Both the position numbers and the translations under genes were made by a program. From Camelus dromedarius (taxonomy: Eukaryota), in assembly GCF_036321535.1 (NCBI RefSeq), contig NC_087436.1, positions 46,750,001 to 46,814,000 on the forward strand: a stretch of 64,000 bases of DNA, given 5' to 3'. Shown in pieces: positions 39,250 through 51,885 of this stretch. How positions within the stretch are numbered: the stretch's first letter is position 1; the number at the start of each line of letters is the position of its first letter. The notes beneath the pieces are model-generated. The model was not told where the DNA came from and searched no databases. It worked only from the letters and a program-made list of their open reading frames with translations.

Positions 39250-39799
39250 TGTTAGGTATTTATTGCTGCATTAAAATGACCCTAAAACTTAGTAACTTAA
39301 AACAAGGAACATTTATTGTCTCATTCAGCCTATTTGGCCAAAAATTTGAGAGTGACTTAGCAAGGTGGTTCTGGCTCAGTTTCTCATGAGGTTACAGTCA
39401 AGATGACGGTCAGGGATGCAGTCATCTGAAGGTTTGAGTAGGATTAAATGATTCCTCCAAGATGGTTCATACAGACAGAAACCTGGTTTCTACTGGCTCT
39501 TGGCAGAGGGCCCTGTGGACCTCTCTGCCGGGCTGCTTGAGTACCCTCACAGCATGGCTGCTGGCTTCTCCCAGGATAAGTAATGAGAGTGAGAGAAGAA
39601 GACAGAGGCAGAGGGGGAGAGGGGGCGGGGGAAGCCACAATACCTCTTAAGACCTAGTTTCAAGTCCCATATGGTCACTTCTGCCACATTCTATTTGTTA
39701 GCAGCCAGCCATTAAGTCCTGTTCACACAGAAGAGGGGAATTAAGCTCCACCTCCTGAAGAGAGGAGTATCAATTTATGGGCATATTTTAAAACCACCA
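39250..39799 (-). mobile_element. MLT1 (F/G-like) LTR
   Basis: TGTTAG..TATTGCTGCAT..CCCTAAAACTTAGTAACTTAAAACAA ... AGCTCCACCTCCTGAAGAGAGGAGTATCAA..CATATTTTAAAACCACCA. Confidence 0.88.
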
Positions 39800-39914
39800 G
39801 GAACAGGGAAGATGGCCATCAGAGGGCCACTAGACGGAAATCTCCCAGGTGGCAGGGGCATAGCCTCCATAGACTCTGTGTCTTTCACAGCCCCTGAAAC
39901 AGCTGCACACTGTC

Positions 39915-40057
39915 TCACTTTGGAACTTTAAAAAGAAATGCCAGCATCAGAGCCCCAGCCCAGACAGAATAAGAATCTCTGTGGGGATGCAATCTGGGGA
40001 TCTGTATTTTTAAAGCTTCCCATATAATTATGAGCACAGGGAGTTTTGAGAACTCCT
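39915..40057. mobile_element. MER5-family fragment
   Basis: CCCCAGCCCAGAC..AATAAGAATCTCTG..ATCTGTATTTTTAAAGCTTCCC..TTTTGAGAACTCCT. Confidence 0.7.
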
Positions 40058-40066
40058 AGCATAGAC

Positions 40067-40355
40067 AAGTGTTGTCCAATGGAAATATAAATTGAACATG
40101 TAATTTAAAATTTTCTAGTTGTCACATTAAAGAAGAGAAACAGGTGAAGTTAATTTTAATATATCAAAACTATTACCATTACTACTAACATGTAATCTAT
40201 ATAAAAAGTTGAGATATTTAACTTTTTTCATACCAAGTGTTTAAAATATAGTATTCATTTTACACTTATAGGACATTTCAATTTGGACTAGCCACATATT
40301 AAGTGATCAGTAGCCACACATGTCTAGTAACTGCCATATTTATTGATCAGTGCTG
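40067..40355 (+). mobile_element. MER33 (hAT-Charlie) MITE
   Basis: GTGTTGTCCAATGGAAATATAA..TAAAATTTTCTAG..GAAACAGGTGAAGTTAATTTTAAT..TTTTACACTTA..TTGGACTAGCCACAT..AGTAGCCACAC. Confidence 0.88.
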
Positions 40356-40359
40356 GTCT

Positions 40360-40460
40360 AAACCATAAGCTCCATGAAGGCAGGGACCTTGTTTATTTTG
40401 CACTGCTTTGCACAGAGCCTGGCACGTGGCATGTACTCAAAAAATATTTGTTGGATAGAC
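40360..40460 (+). mobile_element. L2 3' end
   Basis: TAAGCTCCATGAAGGCAGGGACCTTG..GCACAGAGCCTGGCAC..CTCAAAAAATATTTGTTG. Confidence 0.75.
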
Positions 40461-42049
40461 TAATAATGTGCTGATATGAAAGTAAAAGGAAATTATGAAG
40501 TATACATTCATTTCAATATGTAGTATTTCTAAAAGATTTCAGTGATTGTCTAGATTTTTCCAAAAAAGACAGAGCTATTATGTACAATGGTGCAGCTCAT
40601 CACAAGAAAACTTTTTGGAGCTTTGTTACTTGTTGGTCTGGTATTGAATCTGAAGAAATAGAAATTGTTTCATCCTCTGTGTATGTGACTGGCCCCCTGA
40701 AGCCTGCATACACTTATAACATTTAAAACATAGCCTAGACCCATCCCTGTCCCCAGCCCTACCCATACCCCCCAGCTCCTGGTCACTCCAGGTTGGTCTA
40801 TTCCTGACTTAGCGGTCTGTGTGGGAGATTGTTTTGGATCTGCCAGTCAGTGGTTTGGCCAGAAGGCACATCCCTTGCTCATCTTCCTGAGCGTTAATCA
40901 GTTTCAAGAGCAGTTGCAGCACATTGGAAGAAGCTCCTGGCTTATTCTTTGGGATTTTTTCACTCTTCAGAATTGAAAGAGTTTCTTAGAATTACAAAAC
41001 ATGGAAAAACATGGATGACACAAACAAACACAAAAGGGTAGAACTCAACTGTAACAAACCATAAATTTGAAAGATAACATCCAGAAGCTGGAGAACTAGT
41101 AGCTCTAAATTACAAACTTAGAGGCCTGTTTTTATTCTAAATTGTAAATGCAATGCTTAAGAGAAAACAATATTAGCACAATACTTTAGGAAAACTATGC
41201 GGCGGAGTACTTACAAGTCAGTATTTCAAATACTTCCAGTTGTTTTTTCCCCTATGCACATATGTATATAAACACACTTTTAAAAATGGAAACTTACTTT
41301 ACTTATGGTTCTGTATTACTTCTTTTCACTTAACTGCATATTGTGACTATATTCTCCTGACTTCACACAGTAATTTACCTCATAAAATTTCATGGAAATA
41401 TGTCATCTTACTGATGTTCATTTATCATTATAAATGTGTATTAAATATGCTTGGACAATAAGAGGCGGGGCATAGCCCGGTCTCAGTGGTTAGTTACTAC
41501 TTCTGAGTATGTAAAGAATGAAGGAAGCTTGAGCAAAGTTCATGGATTTTAATGTTCTACGGATGAGGGTCTTTAATACAACACATGGCACTATCTATTG
41601 TGGAACTTGCACTTTCTAGACATTCTAAATTATTTCTAGGAGCCAGGAATTCCGCGGGTGGGCAGTTAGAATACTCTGCCAAGAGCTGAATTAACAAAGG
41701 CACTCAGAGTTCTCAGTCAAAGTCATCAGCCAAGTATTATACTGACTGGTTCCAAACAGAGAAGCAATCAAGAGCGCATCTAGCAAACAGCACAGCTGGC
41801 TCCTTACACGCTGGGTATCTGGGCCCAGAGTTCAGATGGGGCAATTTGGAAGTATTGATAACACCAATAAATGATGGAATGGTAGGTGGGGTGAGTCATC
41901 ACAGCTCCCACCCGCCTCAGGAAAAAAAGCAAACTCCAGGCATTAGGAGTAAAGAATCAGTGATTCTATGCAGGCAGTCTTTTAGGAAGTATTCCATACT
42001 TCCAGATTTGTAGATCTTAATAAGTTACAAAGATCTCAAGGCAAATATT

Positions 42050-42235
42050 TCTTAGTGGCATGACACTGAGCAAGTCACTTAAACTCTCAAACTTAGCTCC
42101 CTCATTTAAAAAGTGAGGATCATAGCACTTGTTTATCAGAACTTCAGCAAGAAAGAACCAGATAATCCAGGTGAAGAGCTTAGGACAGGATCTGACACAC
42201 AGAAGATATTAAATACCTAGTAACTGCTGTTATTA
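42050..42235 (+). mobile_element. MIR
   Basis: TGAGCAAGTCACTTAAACTCTC..CCTCATTTAAAAAGTGAGGATCATAGCAC..GCTTAGGACAG..CTGACACACAG. Confidence 0.7.
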
Positions 42236-43342
42236 TTTGGAAGGGAGCTAGGAAGGAAGAAGAACTTGTCAAATCGAAATAGTGTTTCACACAAGACAAA
42301 TATATTCACCGACATATCAAAGTCAAAGAATGTACCTGTAGGAGGAAAAATTGGCCCATGATTTAGTGGCAACAGATTCCCACCAAATCCACACTTAAAC
42401 AATGTTCAGCTTTGAAAACATGATGCAAAACTAAAGCAGACATCAGATAGGGTGCTGAAAGCTGTTCAGAGACAATACTTTACCTCCCACATGGATTCCA
42501 TTTAGCTTGTTAAGTGCTAGATGTCAGTTCACAGTCAGGCACTGTACCTTATTTTCTGTCCCCGAGGGCATGGTAACCAACCAGGGCACCTGGCCACGAG
42601 TCAATGATCCATGTTGTAACGGCAGCTTTGACAATGCACATCCGTGGCATCTCTCCAGGGATGAACTGAGCTTTCTCATTTCCTGTTTAGTTTCATATGG
42701 GTGGTGATTATTTATGGAGTGGCAAGAGATAAATTTTTTTCTAGATTGAGCAACCAATTGTGTGGGTTTTGAGGTCCATTCCCTAAATAACCATAAAACT
42801 AATAGTTTGATTAATCTCAGTTATTCCCTCTACACTTGCTGACGGCAGTGTCTTCATACTTGGCAATGGGAGGATGTCACAAACACAGCTCACCACGCTG
42901 TCCTAGAACTCTCCATAGGATTCTCTCTGACGTCCCCAGTTTCACTGTTTGCAGCCATTTCCTGCATCTTCTCTATCCCTCCTGCCCAAGTGATTGTTGA
43001 CTTGTTTCTGGCCTACCACCACTCCCCAGTTCCATCACCCTTCTGAGTTTTCCTAGTTCCTTTTGGACTACAGCCCCTGGGGATCAGACTTTTTTTTTTT
43101 GCAAGGCTGGTGCAGCTACCTTAAGGCTCTACAAAACAGAGAATTCTCAGTTGTTCCTGGTCTGATGTGGTTCATGAGGCAGCTCCAAATCCTGTAAATT
43201 TTCTAAAAAATCATTAAGGACTCCAGAAGAAACTCCTATGTAGTTTCTAAAGTCAACTCCCAGTTGAATGCTTCCAGCCAGAGAAGGGTCTTCCTTCCTT
43301 AGTCCAGGATAGGAAGAGGTGGCATCTTACAGGTAGCACTGC

Positions 43343-44310
43343 TTTTTTTTCAGTTTTTAAATTTAATTTATTTTTAAATTGAACTGTAATTGACATATAA
43401 CATTATATTGGTCTCAAGTGTACAACAGAATGAATTGGTATTTGTACATGTTGTGAAATGATCACCATAATAAGTCTAGTTAACATGTGTCACCTTACAC
43501 AGTTACACATTTTTTTCCTTGTGATGAGAACTTTTAAGATCTACTCTTCTAACAATTTTCAAAGATGTAATACAGTATTATTAACTATAGCCACTATGCT
43601 GTACATTACATTCCCAGGGCTTATTTACCTTTATAACTGGAAGTTTTACCCCTCACCCCCTTCACCCATTTTTCACACCCTTCCCCACCTCCCACCTCTG
43701 GGAACCACCAATCTGTTCTCTATGAGTTTGGTTTGTTGTTGTTGTTTTAGATTCTACATATAAATTGATCATACAGTATTTGTCTTTCTCTTACTTATTT
43801 CACTTAGCGTAATGTCCTTGAGGTTCACTTATGTTGTCACAAATGGCAAGATTTCTTTTTTTTGATAGAATAATATTCCATTATACATATATACCAGTGT
43901 GTATACACACACACACACACACACACACAAAGTGTATATATACATTTAGCCATTCATCCATCAATGGACACTTATGTTGTTTCCATATCTTAGCTATTGT
44001 AAATAATGTTGTGATGAACATGGGGGTACATATATCTTTTCAAATTAGTGTTTTTGTTTTCTTTGAATAAATACCCAGAAATGCAATTGCTGGATTGTAT
44101 GGTAGTTCTAGTTTCAGTTTTTTGAGGACCCGCCATACTGTTTTCCATAGTGGCTGCACCAATTTACATGGCCACCAGCAGTGCACAAGGATTCCCTTTT
44201 TTCCGCATCCTTGCCAACACTTGTTATTTGTTGTCGTTTTGATGATAGCTGTTCTATCATGCATAAGGTGATAATCTCACTGTGGTTTTGATTTGCATTT
44301 CCGTGATGAT
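43343..44310 (-). mobile_element. L1MA9-type L1 3' end
   Basis: ORF 44040-44264 [54 protein letters not shown] is L1 ORF2; 3'UTR GTGATGAGAACTTTTAAGATCTACTC; internal (CA)n at ~43905-43928. Confidence 0.92.
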
Positions 44311-44649
44311 GGTCCATTCCTTTCTCACATCCACATGGCATTGGTTTCAGGGAACCAGGTCACATGGAGCTAGCTGCATATATAGCCTAGATTCTGGACA
44401 GAAAGACACACCACATGCATATGTTCTTATTTATGTATTTGTTAATTATTTATTACCCATCTCAAACTATATTTCTGTTGGGTTTGAAAGTGAATAAGAA
44501 GAATGAAAAGAGCATCATGAATAAATGGTTTGGAAAAATTTAGGAATAATTTTTAAAAATTATTTGAAGGCAGGAAGTATGCCAGCTTCATTCATCTTTA
44601 AATCCTGACTTCAGATGTAGTGAACACTATATTCCTGGCATTTATTCCC

Positions 44650-45130
44650 AAATTCTTTCCTCTCAATAGGATCCATTTTCCACTTGTAGATCATGTGGTT
44701 TCAGGGAGGCTAACTAAAACCGTGGTTTGGGGGTGACAGACACGGTCTGGGCTAAACCTGTCACTGTGTTCCTTCCTCTGGCCACAGTATTGGCTTAAAG
44801 GTGAACATGTGATCCAAGTTGACCCAATCAGATTGATTCTCAGACTTTTGCTGGGAATTATGGGGGAATGAAACTCTCTGGGAGCTGCTGGCAGCCATCT
44901 TGGGACCAGCAGGGGATGATGCAGAAACCACAGAAAGCAGAGCAGAAAAATAGGTGGCAAGAAAACAGGCTCCTTGTTTGACATTGCTGAGCTACTGGAT
45001 CAAGCCCAGCCAGAGACCAGCCCCATCTCTGCACTTTTTAGTTCATGAACCAAAACATTTCCTTTATGTTTGAGCTATTTTGAGTCACGTTTATTTTTAC
45101 ATGGAGCTGAAAGTATCCTCATCAATATAT
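44650..45130 (+). mobile_element. Old MLT1 (K/L-like) LTR
   Basis: CTGGCCACAGTATTGGCTTAAAGGTGAACATGTGATCCAAG..GGCAGCCATCTTG..CTGGATCAAGCC..TTCCTTTATGTTTGAGC..GCTGAAAGTATCCT. Confidence 0.75.
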
Positions 45131-45439
45131 TGTAATGATGTAATGATGAGTGACACATAGCAGGTGCTCAGTAAGTGTTTGTGAAATGGATGATTGATCA
45201 GCTATACCACATTGAAACTTTAATAGAGACTGAAAATATTGTTGTTTTATGTATACTTCAACAAGAATTAAACAATTAGAAAATTAGAAAATTCAAAACT
45301 AGAGAAAGTCATCCATTTGTATGAAGTATTTTGGTAGTAGATTTGGTGAAACCCAGTTCAATACATCTGTAGAGGTTCTTCTGGATACAAACCCTGGTAA
45401 CCTTTTAACCCTGAAGGATGTTACATAATAAAGATAAGG

Positions 45440-45690
45440 ATCCTAGCCAACCTCCTTAAAGCTGCAGCCTCCCCGCAACATTCTCCAACACCTCCCCTTC
45501 TTTACTTTCATCCATAGCAATTATCACCATGTATTTTATTTTACTTATTTTATCCAGGAATATATATGCACTATTATAAGCTCTATGGGGTTTGGAGTTT
45601 TAATCTCTTTTTATCATTGCTGTATTCCCAACCCCCTAGAACAGTTCCTGATAGTAAACACTTGGAAAATATCTGACAATTGAATAAATT
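45440..45690 (+). mobile_element. L2 3' fragment
   Basis: TCCATAGCAATTATCACC..ATAAGCTCTATG..TTGCTGTATTCCCA..CCTAGAACAG..TTGAATAAAT. Confidence 0.65.
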
Positions 45691-47559
45691 ATAACCTTGC
45701 TTAGCAAACAGCAATAAAGGCGGATTGCACATAAATTATCATCTGGAATAATACAGAGTCTTCTGCTTCAGGTTAGCTAAGGGAGTTTGCGTAGGACCCA
45801 GAGACAGCCGAGGTCTAAGTTGCAAAGAGCTCTCGTTTCACTAAAGATTGGATAGGAGGTATCAATTTCATTTTGTTCAAAAGCCACAGAGAGAGACAGT
45901 TGGTCAAGACATCTCTGCGTCCTCTCATCTGTGTTCACTCACCTCGGATAAGCCCTGATTTGAGGCTCTTTAGAGCCAATCTCAGTGAATCTTTTAAAAA
46001 AAAAATATTTTGAACCAAATAAAACAAACACAGTTGAGTCCAGAATACTGGCGGTTGCATTTTGCTCTAGGAGTAAACAGTTCTTTTAATTCAGCTGCCA
46101 TTTTTCAAAATAATCAAGCAATGCAGCAAAATTTAAGGAAGGGTTTTAGCTCTCAGGAAATATTTTATCAGGGTCGTATAGTATAGGTTGGGGTAGACTC
46201 AAATGTGAGAGTACTGTCTGTCAAATTTGTATCAGAGATGTAGCAACAACGCCTTCTAGAAAGACTTTGATTAATCAAACCAGGAGATACATTTCAAAAC
46301 ATTGTAGGAATTTATACTACAGTTTGTCTGGACATTTCTCAGCTATTCCCAGATTAGTGACATTCTTGTTTCTAGAGAAACTGATGCACTTTTACAGGAA
46401 AAGCAGAGGAAAACTTTCTCAACAAAGCGAGAAAGCCCTGTAACAGAAGTTAAATAAATGAGGGAAGTGTTTGTCAAAGGGTTTTTCCCTCTTGGTTTAA
46501 ATAACTTTTGACTGGAGAAAAATATCTTCAAAGTGTAGCTCCTGAATGTTTTGTCATATGTTTATAGTCATGAATTACTTTTCCCTTGAGCTTTAAGCAG
46601 CAGATCATGCTGGACACTGGGCAAGATCAGGTGAAATGGAAAAGATGACTTCTTAATCAAACAATGATAAGTATTGAATTGTATGATATGATTTATTATG
46701 ATTACTCAAAGGCAAATAAAGCATTTATTTAATATAATCTCAGATGGTAAGTCATAATGTTATAAGGTAGTAGGTGTTAACTGGTAAAATCCTGTACTTT
46801 GCAGCAAATTATGTAGCAAGGTCAATGAGGTGATTTAATTTATTCTTTCATGACAAAGAAACATTGTAAAAAGTATTTACATATATACACACATATCTAT
46901 ACAAACACATACATATGAAAAAGTGGATGAAGAAAGTATCAGTAGAGAAACTATACATCGTCGGGAGAAATACCAGTAGAGATTCCTATGGCATTCCAGT
47001 TAGCTGAAGGGGCTTTCAGTGCAATGCTGGGCACATAACAGGATGGGGCAGGAGCAGGCAGGGAAGAGGCGTGAGTGCAAAACCGTGTCACTACTGTCTC
47101 TAATCTGTCATACATGGGCACTGCCTCTTGCAGTGGTATATCCTGGGGCCTAACTGCATTCATAGTTTTCACCCAGGAGACTTCTCACTTGGGCGGGGCT
47201 GAGGGCATGATACTCCACAGTGGGCAAGGACCCTGGGTTCATGTGGGCAGAGGGACCTGACCTGAAAGAACTCTGTTAGGTTTTACCTGGAGCAGTACTT
47301 CAGGGCAAGGTACACGTATTTGCTGGCACGCATTTGCACAAGTCAATTGACATCTGCGTCGTGGTTGACTGACTGACTTGGTGGGAACAACAAACCCTCA
47401 AACTCATGTAAATAGAGAAGAAGTGAAAGAAATGTAGTAAGAAGGAAAGGCTGGAAGAAGAATTTTGTATCTTATCAAGATACAAGCCTTACAAAATGTT
47501 TACAGAAATACATTCTTTACATGCTGAAGGCCATGGAGATAGGCTCATTCCAAGCAGTT

Positions 47560-47887
47560 GGGTTAGGCTAGTCCATGCTGTGGTAACAAATGAACATGGC
47601 TTCACACAGTGGAAGCTTGTTTCTCACTCACACCAAGTCCAAAGTCAGTTGGCAGGGACTCACCTCCTCCCAGAAATGCAGGGATCCAGGTTCTTGTCAC
47701 TTTGTGGCTTCCAAGGTTGCTGGGCGAGAGAGAAGGGGGAGGCACTCTGGCTTTTAAGTGACTCACCCTGGACATGACATATGTTACTTCTGTTCATGGG
47801 CCCATTGCCCCAACCCAACTCTGAGAGCATCTGGGAAACAGAGAAAAGCACATGAATGCTCAGCAAATATTAACTGCATTAGCCACA
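47560..47887 (-). mobile_element. Old MLT1-type LTR fragment
   Basis: AGTTGGGTTAGGCTAG..ATGCTGTGGTAACAAAT..TTTCTCACTCAC..CAGGGATCCAGG..ACTTCTGTTCATGGCCCATTG..CCACA. Confidence 0.55.
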
Positions 47888-48183
47888 GACATGAAAGCAA
47901 ATGACAGAAAGTGGGTGATAAAGGCAAGGATAAATAAATGAATTAGACTGTTGAGGAATGTAAAGACATAATAGAGCAAAAGACCAAAACCCAGCCTCTC
48001 CCTGTGGTGTTAGTGGGTGATTAAGGGCTGACTTTAATCTTAATTTGTAAACAATGCTTTTTTTCCTTAATTACAAAGTAATGCATGTGGACATTTAGGA
48101 AAATTTTTGAAAAGAACAAAAAGATTGTATATATAGTTTCACCCCTCCCTTTCTTCCCCGTACAATTATAACATGCTTTTTCT

Positions 48184-48214
<31 letters not shown>

Positions 48215-48905
48215 AAGATCTCCTCAAATGTACCCTTTTAGACAGGATTCCTTATTCTCCTGACTGGGAACTTGCTCTCCTCCCTCTCTAGGGCACATAC
48301 CACGTGGTTGAACCCAAAGCCTGTCTGTCTCCTTTGCTGGACTTGAGTTTCTGGGCCCCTTTGCTTCCTTGGGGCCTGGCATGGATCTGGCATAGAGCTG
48401 AATGAATGAATGATTCTTGCAGGTATAGGCAAAGGAGTGAATAAATGAATGGATAGATCTTTTGCTTGCTCTTTAAATTTTGTTAGATATTTTCATGTCC
48501 CTCTCTTCTGAATTCTGTAGTAAAACTCTTAATATTCCTTCAGAAGTCTTCAGGGGGCCCAAATTGGTGGGAAGCTGGGATGTGAGGAGGTCTAAGTCTA
48601 TAAAGGCTGTGAGATACACAGCCTTGTTAGACATGCCAGGGCAGGATGGGGCCACTGAATGCAGCTAGTAACTCATGCATGTGGATATAGAAGGCTATCT
48701 GCTAATTCAGGGGATAAGGGTAGAAACTGGGGGCTTTGCATAGGACCACGGGATAAGAAAAAGAGTAAACAGAGTGGGCTGGGAAGATCCAGGATAATCA
48801 AGACTGAGAACTCAGCAGAGATAGAGAGGCTGTTCTGAATCCTGAAACCGAGGGTAGTCATCCGTTTGATCCCTTAAACTATAACTTGCTTAATAAATAA
48901 TATCC

Positions 48906-49521
48906 TGTAACCAGCCTTCACTGACTAAGCTCACTTTAATTGTCCTGAAAATTGCATACCCTCCAAGCTTCACGTAGCTTAGACAATGTGTCACAAGACT
49001 CTTTTCACCACCCTCTACAGATAACGCCTCTGACGTATGGTCACTTTAGTAACCATTGCTTGAGTTGTTTTTCAGGACCTTGGAGTCAGCGCTTGTCCAG
49101 TTCAAGTTCCACCCGGTTAAGACTGGTTAGGACCGCCGACCCTCCAGTGGGCCTGTGAAAATGGCCAGTGGATGACCTTTTGATGTCAGAAGGCCAAAAC
49201 TCCATCCTCAGATCATGCTAATGCTGTCATCTTCTGAAACATGTCCCCTGAAGAAACATGTAACTCAGATACACCTACAGAGTACACTAATTACTTCACC
49301 TTTTTCTCACCTCTGATTATCTTTCCCCAAGCCTCAGACCACCCTGTTTCTCTATCCCATAAACATCCCAAACCCCCCACCTTCGAGGAGGCAGATCTGA
49401 AGCTTGTTCTTCCAACTCCTTGCTTGGCCGCCTCGTGAATAAACCCTTTCTCTGCTGCATCTCAGCATTTGGCTTGCTGTGTGATGAGCACATGAACCCC
49501 ATAACCAGGTTTGTTCCAACA
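48906..49521 (+). mobile_element. ERV1-class solo LTR
   Basis: TGTAAC start; TATA-like CCCATAAA, GAGGCAGATCTGAAGCTTG, AATAAACCCTTTCTCTGCTGCA..TTGGCTTGCTGTG near the end; CA end. Exact 3' boundary uncertain. Confidence 0.75.
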
Positions 49522-51149
49522 AGTGAGAGACCTGTGAACAGTCTCCGAAGGCAGACTCAGGGTCCGTGAGGTCTTCCAGGGGAAGGGTTTGCTCCAAAGC
49601 TAAGCGGACTGATGTGTTGACCAGACAGAATATACCCTTGTTTTTCCAGGAAACAAAATATAACCTTGGATGAAAGACTAAAAACCTCAGCAAGAATAAA
49701 GACAGGATAGTGAATACAAAGGACTAGGGTTTGAGATGGGGGGAGGGACAATTGGGAGAGGGAAACAGCAAGGGGCTGTTTAATGTTTGTTGAGTAGAAA
49801 CAAATGCTTTAAACTTGTGCCAAGCTAATTGAGTAATGTGAGGCTTTGTGCTTGTAACTCACCTAATCTCTGTGTCACCTGGACTTTGAGATTCTCTTGA
49901 CTTGTGGTATAAACAGTTTGTACACCTGAACTGATGATACGTTCTAGTTCAGTGGCTACAGTGTGGAAGGGTTGTGTCCACAAGAGAGAAGGGGGTGGGG
50001 GAACAGTTCAGAACTCCAGGGAATATTCTGCTTAAAGAAAACAGTCTTGATTCCCTCGGGGAGAAATACTCAGAGAAATGACAGAGGGAGCCCAGAAGGC
50101 CATGTTTTTCGTTTGGGTGTTGCTTCAGAGGTACTCACTGCACCTCCCGTTCTTGTCAAGGCGTACCCTGTTCTGAGGAAATAGCCTGATCCTGACTTGG
50201 CTACACAGACTTGGCTCCTCAGAGCTGCTGAGGTGAGTCACCGGTAGTGCCTGTTATTCCAAAGCAGCAGGGAGAAAGATTGTGCTAGTCTTGCTACCAC
50301 CATGAAACTTTGGATGGTCTCCAAACACTTAGAACTTCCCTGATGCTATCAAGAGAAAGCAGCCAACTGGAATGTCCTTCCAAAGGAATTCCAACCTTCA
50401 TCACGAATCTGAGTGAGATGAGAGATTAAGTAAAGGCATTGTCAGTTCAAATGTAGTAAGGCAGGTTGAATCCCCCATGGAAGTGGAGAATGGCATTGGG
50501 CAGGGGATCTTTTGCCGAAAAGTTCACAATCAGAAACCCCCATACGTAGAAATCAAATACTCTAAATCCACATGGTAACACTGTAGAGAAGCATTCCTTA
50601 TAAACCTGAGTCAATTACAATAATACTTTTCAACAGGGAGCTGGCATTAAACTTACAGCATATCTAATCCAATAATTGAGCAAACTGAGGGCTAAGAAAA
50701 TGGTGACTGGCTCAAGGTCTTACCATGGTTACAAAGGTGGCCCAGCATGTTAAGATATACAAATGACCCATCAATATGCTGCTATGGGACCTTCAAAACA
50801 ATTGGGGCTGCCTTTCAATCCAAAGACAGCCCCTACTGAAAACAAATAATCCCTCTTCCAAATTAACATTCATCAACTACAAATAAAATATCAACCACCA
50901 AAACATATCATCACAAAATAAAATGACTCCTTTAGCCCTAAGTTTAATTTTAGAAAACTGATGAGAGGGAGAGAATTTGCCTGTCCAGACTGAACCACCT
51001 GAGTATTAGACCTTGACCACTCCCACATATTAACACTGACTTGCTGACTCATGTCCACTCAGCCAGGGACCCAGTCTTACATAGAACCTAGAATGGAGCC
51101 AAAAAGGAGTGAGGGGACCTCCAGACTCCTCCCCTTGTTGTCACCTCAC

Positions 51150-51335
51150 TGTGTGCTGGGTCCCTGACCTTCATTATCCTACTTCATCTTCACAACAGCC
51201 TTGTACGTTACCTCATCTGTTTTACAGACGAAGTTACTGAGGCTCAGAAACATTAAGTACCTGTCAGTTCACCTTGCTAGTGAATACTCAAGCTGAAACT
51301 GGAACCTGAATTGTGTTCTTTTCACCATATAACTC
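51150..51335 (-). mobile_element. MIR
   Basis: CATCTTCACAACAGCCTTG..TTTTACAGACGAAG..CTGAGGCTCAGAAACATTAAGTA. Confidence 0.75.
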
Positions 51336-51885
51336 TCCAAGTCTTGGCTCTGCTCACAGTTAGAGTCTGGGACACAACAGAGATTCAGCTCAGCTGTTAA
51401 GCCCTCACATCACCCACACGGGTGAAACTGAAGGCCCACCTGTGAGAATCATTCTCTATATTGTGGCGGTTTCTTTCTCTTGATAAGAGCAAGGAAGGGT
51501 GTCACTCACTGTGGGTCCCCCAGCTTGGTGATAGATCTGCCCAAGAGAAATGACTTTGTTTATCTGAAAACAGCATCTGGCCTCATGGTGCAGTTGGTTC
51601 AAGCCTTCGGCTCCCAGTTCAGTAGCCCCAGCTCTCATCCCACCAGGACTGACCAGCCATCAACAGCTCTCTTGCGGGCCCCCTGGCCTCATGGGCACTG
51701 ACTCTGTCCCCATGCAGCACCACCCTGGCAATGGGGTAGGGGGGAAGGAGAGAGCACACCTGGGGAAAGAGAGGTCAAGACTGCTGCCAGAGAGCCTCCT
51801 GGTTCAGAAAGCATCATTCTTTCTGGCTGCGTTCAAAGGGACAGTGCATGCCTTGGTTAAGCTCTCAGGGATGGAGTCACTTGCC

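Noticed and set aside
41461..41510. tRNA-like GCCCGGTCTCAGTGGTTAG
   Set aside because: Only an A-box-like fragment; no B box or cloverleaf
50850..50930. A/C-rich stretch resembling mitochondrial DNA (NUMT)
   Set aside because: Composition only; no match to a mitochondrial gene I can recall
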